A stretch of DNA of 42,545 nucleotides. It comes from Clostridia bacterium (lineage in GTDB: Bacteria > Bacillota > Clostridia > Oscillospirales > CAG-272). Position 1 is the first letter of the stretch. Every line of letters starts with the position of its first letter. The notes beneath the pieces were generated by a model that was not told the origin of the DNA, did no database searches, and worked only from the letters and a program-made list of their open reading frames with translations. Position numbers and translations under genes: made by a program. The stretch lies in NCBI GenBank assembly GCA_017503165.1, contig JAFVTO010000195.1:1-42545 (forward strand), read 5' to 3'. Positions 19,581 to 28,541 of the stretch are shown here, piece after piece.

Positions 19581-20252
19581 TTACACTCTCCCAAACACAC
19601 ATTCAAATGCTTCTGCATAATTACATCCTGCCTGACAACCTCTGTAAGTAGCAAGAGCGCTAATTGCGTCCTTTGAGCGAGGATGAGGATAATCACGCAT
19701 CACACCTTTGTATGAAGCCAACGCTTCAAGTTTCACAGCCAGTCCTTCAGTTCCAATTTCAATAAAGTAATTTGGGGTAAAACGGTTTGCGGAGGAATCC
19801 AAAGACCATTCCGTCGAAGAGAGGACCTCCATATAGAGAAGCAGTTTCAAAGCCGGGATTCCCTCTTTACGCTGAAAGAGTCTTGAAGCTGCCTGCGCTG
19901 CGTAACTGGTCATAACATGGTCATTATTAGTGTCAGAAGGATGGTGTGTTATAATAGCTTCCGCACTGAAATCTTCGATGCATTTTTCTATAAATTGAAC
20001 AAGCTCCAGGTGCGGCACGGTATTCATACGTATGTTCGGAAAATCCGCCGCATAACACTCACAAACGCCCAGCTTCCCCATAGCACGGTTTTGATCATCC
20101 GACAATGTTGCAGAAATATTGGCACGTGCTGCAGCATGGTTTGCCATTGTACAAACGGCAACAGAGTGCCCTTCCTTGATTAACCGGTGTATCGTCGCTC
20201 CGGCACCCAATACCTCGTCATCCGGATGTGCGACCACTACTAAATAATTCAT
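19581..20252 (-). CDS. PIG-L family deacetylase
   Basis: VAHPDDEVLGAG, THHPSD.N.DH, YAEAF; GAGGTG RBS. Confidence 0.92.
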   Translation of the reverse strand: MNYLVVVAHPDDEVLGAGATIHRLIKEGHSVAVCTMANHAAARANISATLSDDQNRAMGKLGVCECYAADFPNIRMNTVPHLELVQFIEKCIEDFSAEAIITHHPSDTNNDHVMTSYAAQAASRLFQRKEGIPALKLLLYMEVLSSTEWSLDSSANRFTPNYFIEIGTEGLAVKLEALASYKGVMRDYPHPRSKDAISALATYRGCQAGCNYAEAFECVFGRV

Positions 20253-20404
20253 AATCTATCCACCTCAAGATTGTATTTTTGGTATTCGTGACTTTTCCGT
20301 GCCTTACCGCAAGCATATCATCCCTCTTTCACATATTCCACTCGCATTACCCATAAAAATATACAACACCTCGGGAAAAGCACTGTCAACACAACAAACT
20401 GCCT

Positions 20405-20494
20405 TCAAACATTCTTCGGAGAATTCTTTGTAAACATTTCATTCTCTCGCATTGTCGGCGTGGCAAGCCAGATCTTTTTTTCAAACCTTTTCAT
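20405..20494 (-). pseudogene. N-terminal stub of a DegT/DnrJ/EryC1/StrS (PglE/EpsN-like) sugar aminotransferase
   Basis: AAAGG-preceded ATG giving MKRFEKKIWLATPTMRENEM..., stop after 29 codons; resembles the IWL(S/A)xPxM N-terminus of this family. Confidence 0.5.
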
Positions 20495-20617
20495 AATTAC
20501 ATCACGCCTTTCCGGATAATACATCCCAATCCGCCGCTTCCTTTTCACAGCCCGGGCAGGGCAACAAAGCAGACCGTATATCACGGAGCTCCGTTTGTTT
20601 TTTCACTTCAATTTAGT

Positions 20618-20646
20618 ATTATATCATACTTTTATATTTAAGTCAA
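20618..20646 (-). promoter_or_regulatory. Sigma-A promoter of the polysaccharide cluster
   Basis: TTGACT-17 bp-TATAAT with extended TG. Confidence 0.7.
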
Positions 20647-20746
20647 TACTTTTAACGAAATTACCGCCGTCTGACGCGCTGTAAATTGCATCCAACCTCG
20701 CCTGAAAAACCAAAAAGATGCAAAAACACAAAAACTCCCCCGCTTA

Positions 20747-20775
20747 TTGACATTTTTGCTGACATCTGTTAAAAT
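20747..20775 (+). promoter_or_regulatory. Sigma-A promoter for the TraX-family gene
   Basis: TTGACA-17 bp-TAAAAT. Confidence 0.65.
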
Positions 20776-20813
20776 ATGTGCAGAGAAAATTTCAAAAGCG
20801 GGGGTATTGCTTC

Positions 20814-21533
20814 ATGTCGGGGAATCTACTGAAAATTTTGGCGTGTATAACCATGCTCACGGACCACGTCGGTTACCTGCTGTTTCCGGATATAGCGATA
20901 TTGCGTTACATAGGGCGGATCTCAATGCCGCTGTTCGCCTTCTGTATCGGAGAAGGCTGCCGTCACACCCGCTCAATATCAAAGTATTTCATCAAGGTGC
21001 TTGCGCTGGCAACATTATGTCAGGCGGTATTTCTTACAGAAAGCCTCATAAGCGGCGGTATTCACCGTTTGGACTTCAATATTCTTTTTACCTTCTCGTT
21101 CTCCATTCTGATATGCGGATCATACAAAAAGCTGAGCTCCCTCGGTAAAGAAGCTACCCGATCCGAGGTCATCTCATACAACGCCCTTTTTATCGGAGCT
21201 ATCCTATCCGCGCTATTTTGCACTACCTTCCTCGATATGCTCGTCCCGATAAAAATCCACTTCGAATACAGCTTTGCAGGCGCGGTTTTGCCGCTATTTG
21301 CCACGTTTTTCGAGGATAAGAGGCGACAACTCCCGGCATTCACCCTGGGACTACTGCTTTTCAATCTGCTTTTATGCACCGCTACCCCATACATCTGGTT
21401 CTCACTGGTAGCGCTTCCGATCATATACGCATATAACGGTTCACGCGGCAAATACTCGCTAAAAGCCTTTTTCTACCTTTTCTATCCTCTTCATTTTGCT
21501 CTCTTGTATCTGATCCAAATGATTGCATTCTGA
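20814..21533 (+). CDS. TraX family membrane protein (putative acyltransferase)
   Basis: LKILACITMLTDHVG, IGRISMPLFAF..EG..HTRS, YNGSRG, FFYLFYPLH; ATG at 20814 preferred over 20778. Confidence 0.85.
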   Translation: MSGNLLKILACITMLTDHVGYLLFPDIAILRYIGRISMPLFAFCIGEGCRHTRSISKYFIKVLALATLCQAVFLTESLISGGIHRLDFNILFTFSFSILICGSYKKLSSLGKEATRSEVISYNALFIGAILSALFCTTFLDMLVPIKIHFEYSFAGAVLPLFATFFEDKRRQLPAFTLGLLLFNLLLCTATPYIWFSLVALPIIYAYNGSRGKYSLKAFFYLFYPLHFALLYLIQMIAF

Positions 21534-21576
21534 ATGGTGGCGCATGGGCGTTTGCGCCTCGGAGATCAGCCCCCTG

Positions 21577-22572
21577 TCAGAGCTGCATTGCCGTGTCGAT
21601 CAAAGCGCAGAGGTTTTCAAATGGAACGTCGTCCTGAATCTCCTGAGCGGGAGCGATGATATACCCGCCATTCCTTGACAGCGCCTTTGTCACCGCTCTG
21701 GTTTCCTCTGCAACCTCCTGAGGAGTGCCGTACGGAAGAGTCCTCTGAGTGCTGATACCGCCCCAAAAGGTTATCTTATCGCCGTACTTTTCCTTCAATT
21801 CATAAATATCCATACATTCCGGCTGAATTGGGTTAAGGGCATCAACGCCCATACCAACTATATCGGGAAAGATCTTGCGGATATCTCCGCAGGAATGGAC
21901 CCAAACATCAAGTCCTGCCTCGTGTATCAGATCATATTCCTTCTTTTCACCTGGCGCTATCATTTTACGCCAGCATTCCGGCGACATGAGGAGATCATGC
22001 TGAGAACCCCAGTCACTTCCCAGCAATATCCCGTCAATTCCCGGGGTATTTACGATATTTTCAAGCATCACTATATTTTTTCTGATAATAAAATCCAGCA
22101 TTCTCTGCGCATACTCCGGATCTCCCGCCATATCCGCAAGAAAGTTCTCTATTCCCCTGGCAAAATTCGCCTTTTCAAAATGACTTCCCCAGATCGTGAC
22201 CAGCACATAGGCATCGGTATACTCCTTTAAGTTGCTGACGGTCTCGGCAAAGCTCTCGTAGCTACCGTATCCCTTGGTCTTTGGAATATAATCGGGAGCC
22301 TCCTCGGAGGTAGTGTACTCTGCAGGACAATCAAACCAACTCCACCATGGGCAGTTCACCGCAAGAACGTGGTTTCCCATTCCGTAGTATATAGCATGGT
22401 TACGCGATATTTTCCCCTCGTCGCAAAGCTTTCTCAGCCTTTCGTCCGTGTATCTTTCATAAAGCTTATCAAAATATGCCTTTCCTCCCAGATAGGTCAA
22501 ATGGATACAGCTTGGTGTCTTATCAGTCTCTCTGTGGGCAATAGCCGCCTTTACTCTCTCGCAACGTGTCAT
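21577..22572 (-). CDS. Uroporphyrinogen decarboxylase (URO-D/CIMS-like) family protein
   Basis: RGIENFLADM, SDWGSQ..LLMSP, HSCG, LNPIQP, FWGGISTQ.TLPYGTP, GGYIIAP. Confidence 0.85.
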   Translation of the reverse strand: MTRCERVKAAIAHRETDKTPSCIHLTYLGGKAYFDKLYERYTDERLRKLCDEGKISRNHAIYYGMGNHVLAVNCPWWSWFDCPAEYTTSEEAPDYIPKTKGYGSYESFAETVSNLKEYTDAYVLVTIWGSHFEKANFARGIENFLADMAGDPEYAQRMLDFIIRKNIVMLENIVNTPGIDGILLGSDWGSQHDLLMSPECWRKMIAPGEKKEYDLIHEAGLDVWVHSCGDIRKIFPDIVGMGVDALNPIQPECMDIYELKEKYGDKITFWGGISTQRTLPYGTPQEVAEETRAVTKALSRNGGYIIAPAQEIQDDVPFENLCALIDTAMQL

Positions 22573-22707
22573 GCTAACATTCCTTTCTTAGGTTGAATAA
22601 TTTTGTTTTATAGCCGTTCACGGTGTGCGTCCTACCGATGCACACCCTCCTTATTTCAATTTTACTGTGCTTAAACACATTGTTTTCCGGGGATTTACCG
22701 CGTATGT

Positions 22708-23952
22708 TCAAGCATTTTTTGCCTCAGCACGTTTGCGTGCTTCCTCTCTGAACTCACTGGGAGTTTTCCCGGTCTCTTTCTTGAAAAGCTTTGAAAAGTA
22801 TTGCAGATCAACTATCCCGCAATGAAGCGCCACTGTCTGGACCTGCAATCCGGTAGACTCAAGAAGGTGCATGGCGTGCTTGACTCGCTTTACCCTGATA
22901 TACTCGGAAACCGTTTTGCCGGTCTCCTTTTTAAAAATGCCGGAAAGATACCCCGCGCTGATATTCAGACGGTCAGCCAGTATTTTAAGCGACAACGGCA
23001 GCGATAGGTCTGAGTCTATCATGAGAATGCTTTTCTGAACGATGCTGGAATAGCTGTTGAGCGAGTGCTTTCTGACAAGTCTGCAATATGATCGGAACAT
23101 TTCGCACATCAGCTTGGTATTTTCCGAAAGAGACGGAAGCTGCTCTATTCTTAACGCAAAGTCGGTGGACATCTTATCAAGATATACGGGATGGACACCG
23201 CCCGCTTCTGCCGCCTTGCGCAAAAGAGTATTCATGATAACTCCGTAATTTTTCGCGTTTCTCAGCGGATCTGCCGTCCTTTTTTCAAAAAAATCAGCGG
23301 AAAAGAATTCCACCAGCTGCTCCTCCTTATGAAGCTGTCCGGTCGCCACAGCCGAAATGATCTCATTCTCCCAGGCATAACGGTTCTCCGTCGCCTTCAT
23401 GCTTACGGTAATATCGTTGATACCGTCATCCTCACGTATTTCTGTTATCGGGGACGCCGGCGCACCCTTGTCCGCATCAACGTCGACTATAGCAAACGAG
23501 GAGGTACCCCAGACACGTTCAAGAAAGGTAGCGAGCATCACAAACGAGTGACAGTCTCTGCTGAGAACAGGAACGCTTCTGTAGTATTCACTCAAAAATT
23601 TCTGATTAGCGGGTGAAAAACCGTTTTTCTCCCCTATCTCAAGGATCATACCGTTATCCGGAGCCCGGTAGAGATACGGTCCAATACACATTACGGAGGT
23701 AGGCTCTACGTCGGGTAACAGGAAATAAGAGTATGAAAACCCGAAGCCGTCCGTCGACCGATACACCGCCGTATGCTCAAGCCGATCAATATATCCCGGT
23801 GAAAAAAATTCTCGCGGAAGACATTTATGTAAGCTGTATACCGGATCGACACCGATCTGCTCAGCGGTCAAGGTAGCGAACCGCACGTGGATCTTTCGGA
23901 AAAAATCACACAAAAGCTCAAGCTCTCTTTTATAAAGCATACGTATACCCAC
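22708..23952 (-). CDS. AraC family transcriptional regulator
   Basis: C-terminal double HTH (YLSGIFKKETG ... YFSKLFKKETGKTPSEFR); divergent from the sugar operon. Confidence 0.92.
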   Translation of the reverse strand: MGIRMLYKRELELLCDFFRKIHVRFATLTAEQIGVDPVYSLHKCLPREFFSPGYIDRLEHTAVYRSTDGFGFSYSYFLLPDVEPTSVMCIGPYLYRAPDNGMILEIGEKNGFSPANQKFLSEYYRSVPVLSRDCHSFVMLATFLERVWGTSSFAIVDVDADKGAPASPITEIREDDGINDITVSMKATENRYAWENEIISAVATGQLHKEEQLVEFFSADFFEKRTADPLRNAKNYGVIMNTLLRKAAEAGGVHPVYLDKMSTDFALRIEQLPSLSENTKLMCEMFRSYCRLVRKHSLNSYSSIVQKSILMIDSDLSLPLSLKILADRLNISAGYLSGIFKKETGKTVSEYIRVKRVKHAMHLLESTGLQVQTVALHCGIVDLQYFSKLFKKETGKTPSEFREEARKRAEAKNA

Positions 23953-24184
23953 CTCGGCATTACCGTCGTAACGGAATCATTTCACACTGTACATCTATTA
24001 TATGGTGAGATGTGTGAAATTTTCTCTGTTTTTTCTTTAATCGAATTTAAATATTACAAGTTTTCATTAAAAAAATACTAACAAAAAGCGGAAAAATTCT
24101 ATATACTTTAATCGTAGATTGGAGTGATCAAACCTTCCAAACCAAGGATAAAACAAAATCAAAAAAGAAAAGAGGAACAAACTC

Positions 24185-25669
24185 ATGGAAAAACAACCAT
24201 TGCTTGATGCCAACGGAAAACGCAAATTCGGCATGACCGACAAGCTCGCCTATGCTGCCGGTGACTTCGGCTGCAATATGAGCTTCGCACTCAAGGGCAC
24301 GGTTCAGACATTCTGGCTCGTTTACATGATGCTGGAAACAGGACTGCTTTCAGCGCTTCTTCTCGTCGTTCAGATCTGGGATGCAGTTAATGACCCGCTT
24401 ATCGGCTCATTGATAGATGCCGACCACAGAAGCTACAAGCTCGGCAAATACAGGACCTACATACTTATCGGCGCGTGCGGACTTCTTGTTGCAGGCTCGA
24501 TGGTATTCCTGCCATTCCCGAAAGCAGACACGGTAATCAAGGCAATTCTGTTCATTGTCGGATATGTGATATGGGATGCCTGCTATACCATTGCAAACGT
24601 ACCTTACGGCTCCATGCTCTCTCTTATCACCGAGGATGTCGGAGAAAGAGCTCAGCTTTCCACCTGGCGCTCAGTCGGCTCGATGGTCGGAAACATTCTT
24701 CCCAACATCATTCTCCCCATGCTTATCTGGAAAAAGGTATATGACGAAAACGGAAAGCCGGTTATAAACAAGCTCACCGGCAAGCAGGTAGAAGATCTGC
24801 TTGGAGAAAGAGTATTCTGGGTTGCTCTTATCATGGGTGTTCTTGGATTTATCGCCTTTATGTTCATGATCAAAAAGATCACTATTCGGGTTGACGAAAA
24901 CAGTGTCAAGACAACCGAGATCAAGAAATTCAATGTTTTGGAAGCCTTTGCGAACTTCATGAAGAACCGTCCTGCGCTGGGCGCGACAGTGGCAGCCATG
25001 GGTATGTTCCTCGGTATGCAGTCCGCCACCACCGCGAATACCATCATGTTTGCTACCCACTTCGGCATGGCATCACTTTCCGGAATAGTGCAGATGGTCG
25101 GCTTCCTGCCAATGTTCTTCTTCATGCCCTTCGTCAAGAAGATAGTTGAAAAATACGGTAAGAAGGAAGCCTCTGTGCTCGGCACGATCGTGTCCCTCGT
25201 CGGAGCGGGGATCATGCTTATCTTCCCCACCATCAGCAATATCAACCTTTCGCTTGCAGTATACATGATCGGTCTGATACTGTTCGGAATCGGAATGGGT
25301 GTATACACCTGCGTATCCTGGGCGCTCATGGGTGATGCCATCGACTACAACGACTGGAAGACCGGTAAGAGAGAGGAAGGTACCGTTTATTCGCTTCACT
25401 CCTTCTTCAGAAAGCTGGCGCAGGGTATCGGCCCCTCCATCGTCCTTCTTATAATGGGGGTTCTGGGATATAACTCTGACCTCGGCACGGTAGGACAGAG
25501 CGCAGAGACGGCAAAGAATATGTGCTGGCTGGTTGCAGTTCTCTATCTTGTAAGCGCGGTCCTTCAGTTCGTCGGAATAGCGTTCATCTACAATATCGAT
25601 AAAAAGACACTGGAAAAAATGAATACCGAGCTTGCAGCACGCAAGGCTGCAGAGGAATCTGCCGAATAA
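24185..25669 (+). CDS. GPH (glycoside-pentoside-hexuronide) MFS symporter
   Basis: YAAGDFGCN, WDAVNDPLIG, NVPYGSM, ERAQLSTWR, DAIDY....GKREEG; GAGGA RBS. Confidence 0.93.
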   Translation: MEKQPLLDANGKRKFGMTDKLAYAAGDFGCNMSFALKGTVQTFWLVYMMLETGLLSALLLVVQIWDAVNDPLIGSLIDADHRSYKLGKYRTYILIGACGLLVAGSMVFLPFPKADTVIKAILFIVGYVIWDACYTIANVPYGSMLSLITEDVGERAQLSTWRSVGSMVGNILPNIILPMLIWKKVYDENGKPVINKLTGKQVEDLLGERVFWVALIMGVLGFIAFMFMIKKITIRVDENSVKTTEIKKFNVLEAFANFMKNRPALGATVAAMGMFLGMQSATTANTIMFATHFGMASLSGIVQMVGFLPMFFFMPFVKKIVEKYGKKEASVLGTIVSLVGAGIMLIFPTISNINLSLAVYMIGLILFGIGMGVYTCVSWALMGDAIDYNDWKTGKREEGTVYSLHSFFRKLAQGIGPSIVLLIMGVLGYNSDLGTVGQSAETAKNMCWLVAVLYLVSAVLQFVGIAFIYNIDKKTLEKMNTELAARKAAEESAE

Positions 25670-25703
25670 TCGAACACTTATTCTGTGCATAATAAAAACA
25701 CAA

Positions 25704-25877
25704 GGCTCTGTCACCGAGGATGAATGATCAAGCTTTGGATAATTTGGCGAGGAAAATTTTAGGAATGACAAGTGTTTTGCGAAGGCACAAACTATTTGCG
25801 TGTCTGTAACTAAGCAAAGCTCGTAGGATTTCGCAGTATCTTTCCGCCAAAAATCATTCAGTTGAGGTGACAGATCC
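25704..25877. mobile_element. 174-bp MITE-like element with imperfect terminal inverted repeats
   Basis: Left end GGCTCTGTCACC..TGAATGAT, right end ATCATTCA..GGTGACAGATCC; no transposase. Confidence 0.5.
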
Positions 25878-25924
25878 AAACATAAAACCGCAGTGCATTA
25901 GTTGCTACTCAAGGAGAAAAACAT

Positions 25925-28183
25925 ATGAGAAATACCGTATCACTAAACTCCGCATGGGAGTTCTACAAGAATACCGCCGATGTAACCGCGCTTTCCGGAG
26001 GAGAAACTGTAAACCTCCCCCATTCCTGGAACGCCACCGACGGTCAGGATGGCGGAAACGACTATTTCCGCGGCACCTGCATCTATACGAAAAAGCTGAT
26101 AAAGAGCGAGCTCCCCTCGGCGGAGCGCTACTATCTTGAGATCCGCGGAGCAAACTCCTCCGCAGACGTTTATGTAAACGGAGAAAAGCTGGCTCATCAC
26201 GACGGCGGTTACTCCACTTGGCGAGTTGACATCACCGATAAGCTTGGCGAAACAGCAGAGCTGGCGATCGCAGTGGATAACGCGCCCAACGACAGAGTCT
26301 ACCCTCAGATGGCAGACTTCACCTTTTACGGCGGCCTGTACCGCGACGTAAATCTTATCTGCGTACCTGCCACCCACTTTGAGCTTGATTATTTCGGAAC
26401 CCCCGGAATTAAAGTAACCCCCACCGTAAAGGACAACGGCGCAAGTGTTGAGGTAGAGGTATATACAACAGAGCTCGGCGCGGACGACGAGATAGTATAC
26501 ACCGTCTGTCAGGCAGACGGTGCCGTAGTCGGAGAGTTCTCCGCAAAGGACAAGGTACACACCTTTGATATCAGCGACGTACATCTCTGGAACGGTCGCA
26601 AGGATCCCTATCTTTACACTGCAAGCGCAAAAATAGTAAGAAACGGCGAGGAGATGGACAGAGTTTCCGCTCGCTTTGGCTGCCGTACCTTTAAGATCGA
26701 CCCCGAAAGAGGCTTCATACTTAACGGTGAGGAGTATCCCCTGCGCGGAGTTTCCCGTCATCAGGACAGACTGGGCATCGGTAACGCCCTTCTTCCCGAG
26801 CATCACGCGGAGGACATTGAGCTTATAATGGAGGTTGGGGCTACCACGATCCGCCTTGCTCACTATCAGCACGATCAATATTTTTACGATCTTTGCGATG
26901 AAAAAGGACTTGTTATCTGGGCAGAGATCCCCTATATCTCCAAGCATCTTCCAAACGGTCGTGAGAACACCGTTTCCCAAATGAAGGAGCTTATAGTACA
27001 GAACTACAACCACGCATCCATATTCGTTTGGGGACTTTCCAACGAGATCACCATGAGCTCTGAAAACGATCCCAACCTTCTGGATAATCACCGCGTTCTC
27101 AATGACCTGGTGCACAAAATGGACAAGACAAGACTTACCACAATGGCATGCGTATCCATGTGCTCCAGTGATGCGGAATACGTCCGGATCCCCGACGTAG
27201 TATCCTACAACCACTATTTCGGCTGGTACGGTGGCGACACCAGTATGAACGGCCCCTGGTTTGACAATTTCCACGCAAAATTCCCAAGCAAGCCTATAGG
27301 TATCAGTGAGTACGGTTGCGAGGCGCTGAACTGGCACACCTCCAATCCGACTCAGGGCGACTACACCGAGGAGTACCAGGCGTACTATCACGAGGAGCTT
27401 ATAAAGCAGCTCTTTTCCAGAAAATACATCTGGGCAACCCACGTATGGAACATGTTCGACTTCGGCGCGGATGCCCGTTCAGAGGGTGGCGAAAACGGTC
27501 AGAACCACAAGGGACTGGTCACTATGGACAGAAAGTATAAAAAAGATGCCTTCTACGCATACAAGGCGTGGCTCTCAGATGATCCCTTCGTTCACCTTTG
27601 CGGAAAGAGGTACGTGGACAGAGTCGAGGAAATTACAAAGGTGACCGTTTACTCCAACCTCCCCGAGGTCGAGCTTTTCGCAAACGGAGAAAGCCTTGGC
27701 AAGAAGACCTCCGCAGACCACTTCTTCTACTTTGAAGTTCCGAATTCGGGAGAGACAACACTCACCGCTGTTGCGGGAGAATTTAAGGATGAGGGTGTCA
27801 TCCGCAAGGTCAGCGAAATGAACCAGGATTATATCCTGAAGGAAAAGGGCGCGGTGCTCAACTGGTTTGACGTTGAAGCTCCCGAGGGAAGATATTCTCT
27901 CAATGACAAGATCAGCGACATAATGGAGAGCTTCTTCGGCAAGCTTTGGTTTATCAGAACCATGCTCAGCATCAAAAAGCGCATGGATTCCGGCAAGAAC
28001 GGAGAGGAAAAGGTAGCCGGATTTGAGATGAGCGAGGGCATTATGAAGATGATGGGTGGATTCACTGTGCTCCGCCTTACCGGCATGATGAGCATGATGA
28101 ATCTGAATTTCACCAAGGAAGAGCTGCTTGCGATGAACAAAAAGCTCAACCGAATCAGAAAGCCCAAGCGCCTGAGAAAATAA
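25925..28183 (+). CDS. Glycoside hydrolase family 2 (beta-galactosidase/glucuronidase-like)
   Basis: HDGGYS, YGGLYRDV, LRGVSRHQD, IRLAHY, WGLSNE (acid/base), ISEYG (nucleophile), WNMFDF, NHKGL. Confidence 0.95.
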   Translation: MRNTVSLNSAWEFYKNTADVTALSGGETVNLPHSWNATDGQDGGNDYFRGTCIYTKKLIKSELPSAERYYLEIRGANSSADVYVNGEKLAHHDGGYSTWRVDITDKLGETAELAIAVDNAPNDRVYPQMADFTFYGGLYRDVNLICVPATHFELDYFGTPGIKVTPTVKDNGASVEVEVYTTELGADDEIVYTVCQADGAVVGEFSAKDKVHTFDISDVHLWNGRKDPYLYTASAKIVRNGEEMDRVSARFGCRTFKIDPERGFILNGEEYPLRGVSRHQDRLGIGNALLPEHHAEDIELIMEVGATTIRLAHYQHDQYFYDLCDEKGLVIWAEIPYISKHLPNGRENTVSQMKELIVQNYNHASIFVWGLSNEITMSSENDPNLLDNHRVLNDLVHKMDKTRLTTMACVSMCSSDAEYVRIPDVVSYNHYFGWYGGDTSMNGPWFDNFHAKFPSKPIGISEYGCEALNWHTSNPTQGDYTEEYQAYYHEELIKQLFSRKYIWATHVWNMFDFGADARSEGGENGQNHKGLVTMDRKYKKDAFYAYKAWLSDDPFVHLCGKRYVDRVEEITKVTVYSNLPEVELFANGESLGKKTSADHFFYFEVPNSGETTLTAVAGEFKDEGVIRKVSEMNQDYILKEKGAVLNWFDVEAPEGRYSLNDKISDIMESFFGKLWFIRTMLSIKKRMDSGKNGEEKVAGFEMSEGIMKMMGGFTVLRLTGMMSMMNLNFTKEELLAMNKKLNRIRKPKRLRK

Positions 28184-28299
28184 GCTAAACCCACAGATGG
28201 CCTCATAGTTCTGAACCTGAAAACTCATTTGTAAAGAAAATGCGGCGACAGTCAGAAAAAGACAGAGGATAAAAAATCAAGGTCGTCCTTTATGGGTGA

Positions 28300-28355
28300 T
28301 ACTCTGAAGAACAGAGTTTTAATTCACCAGAACACAGTACCTACCAACAGGAAAA
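28300..28355 (+). repeat. 56-bp degenerate direct repeat, copy 1
   Basis: 43/56 ungapped identity (hand count) with 42108-42163, ending in an identical ACCAACAGGAAAA. Confidence 0.6.
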
Positions 28356-28402
28356 GGGGCTGAGTCAATTGCTTTTTAACTAAGCGATGACTCAGCCCCT
28401 TT
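28353..28402. terminator. Stem-loop downstream of GH2
   Basis: AAAGGGGCTGAGTCA/TGACTCAGCCCCTTT 15-bp inverted repeat. Confidence 0.7.
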
Positions 28403-28484
28403 GATTGCGGAAGAGGGAGTTTTCATTACCCTGTTGAACAGGGAAGAATGGTAGTTGCTCTGTAGCAAGCCACTGCGTAACACC

Positions 28485-28523
28485 GATTGCCCAAAATGAC
28501 GCACCGCGTCGTTTTGGGCAATC
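28485..28523 (-). terminator. Stem-loop just after the giant gene
   Basis: GATTGCCCAAAATGACGC-acc-GCGTCGTTTTGGGCAATC near-perfect 18-bp stem. Confidence 0.65.
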
Positions 28524-28541
28524 TAATCCATGAGCTTTGGG

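Noticed and set aside
20778-21533. Conjugative element suggested by TraX
   Set aside because: No relaxase, T4SS or intact integrase genes in the window.
25943-27442. 499-aa minus-strand ORF
   Set aside because: Antisense shadow of the GH2 gene.
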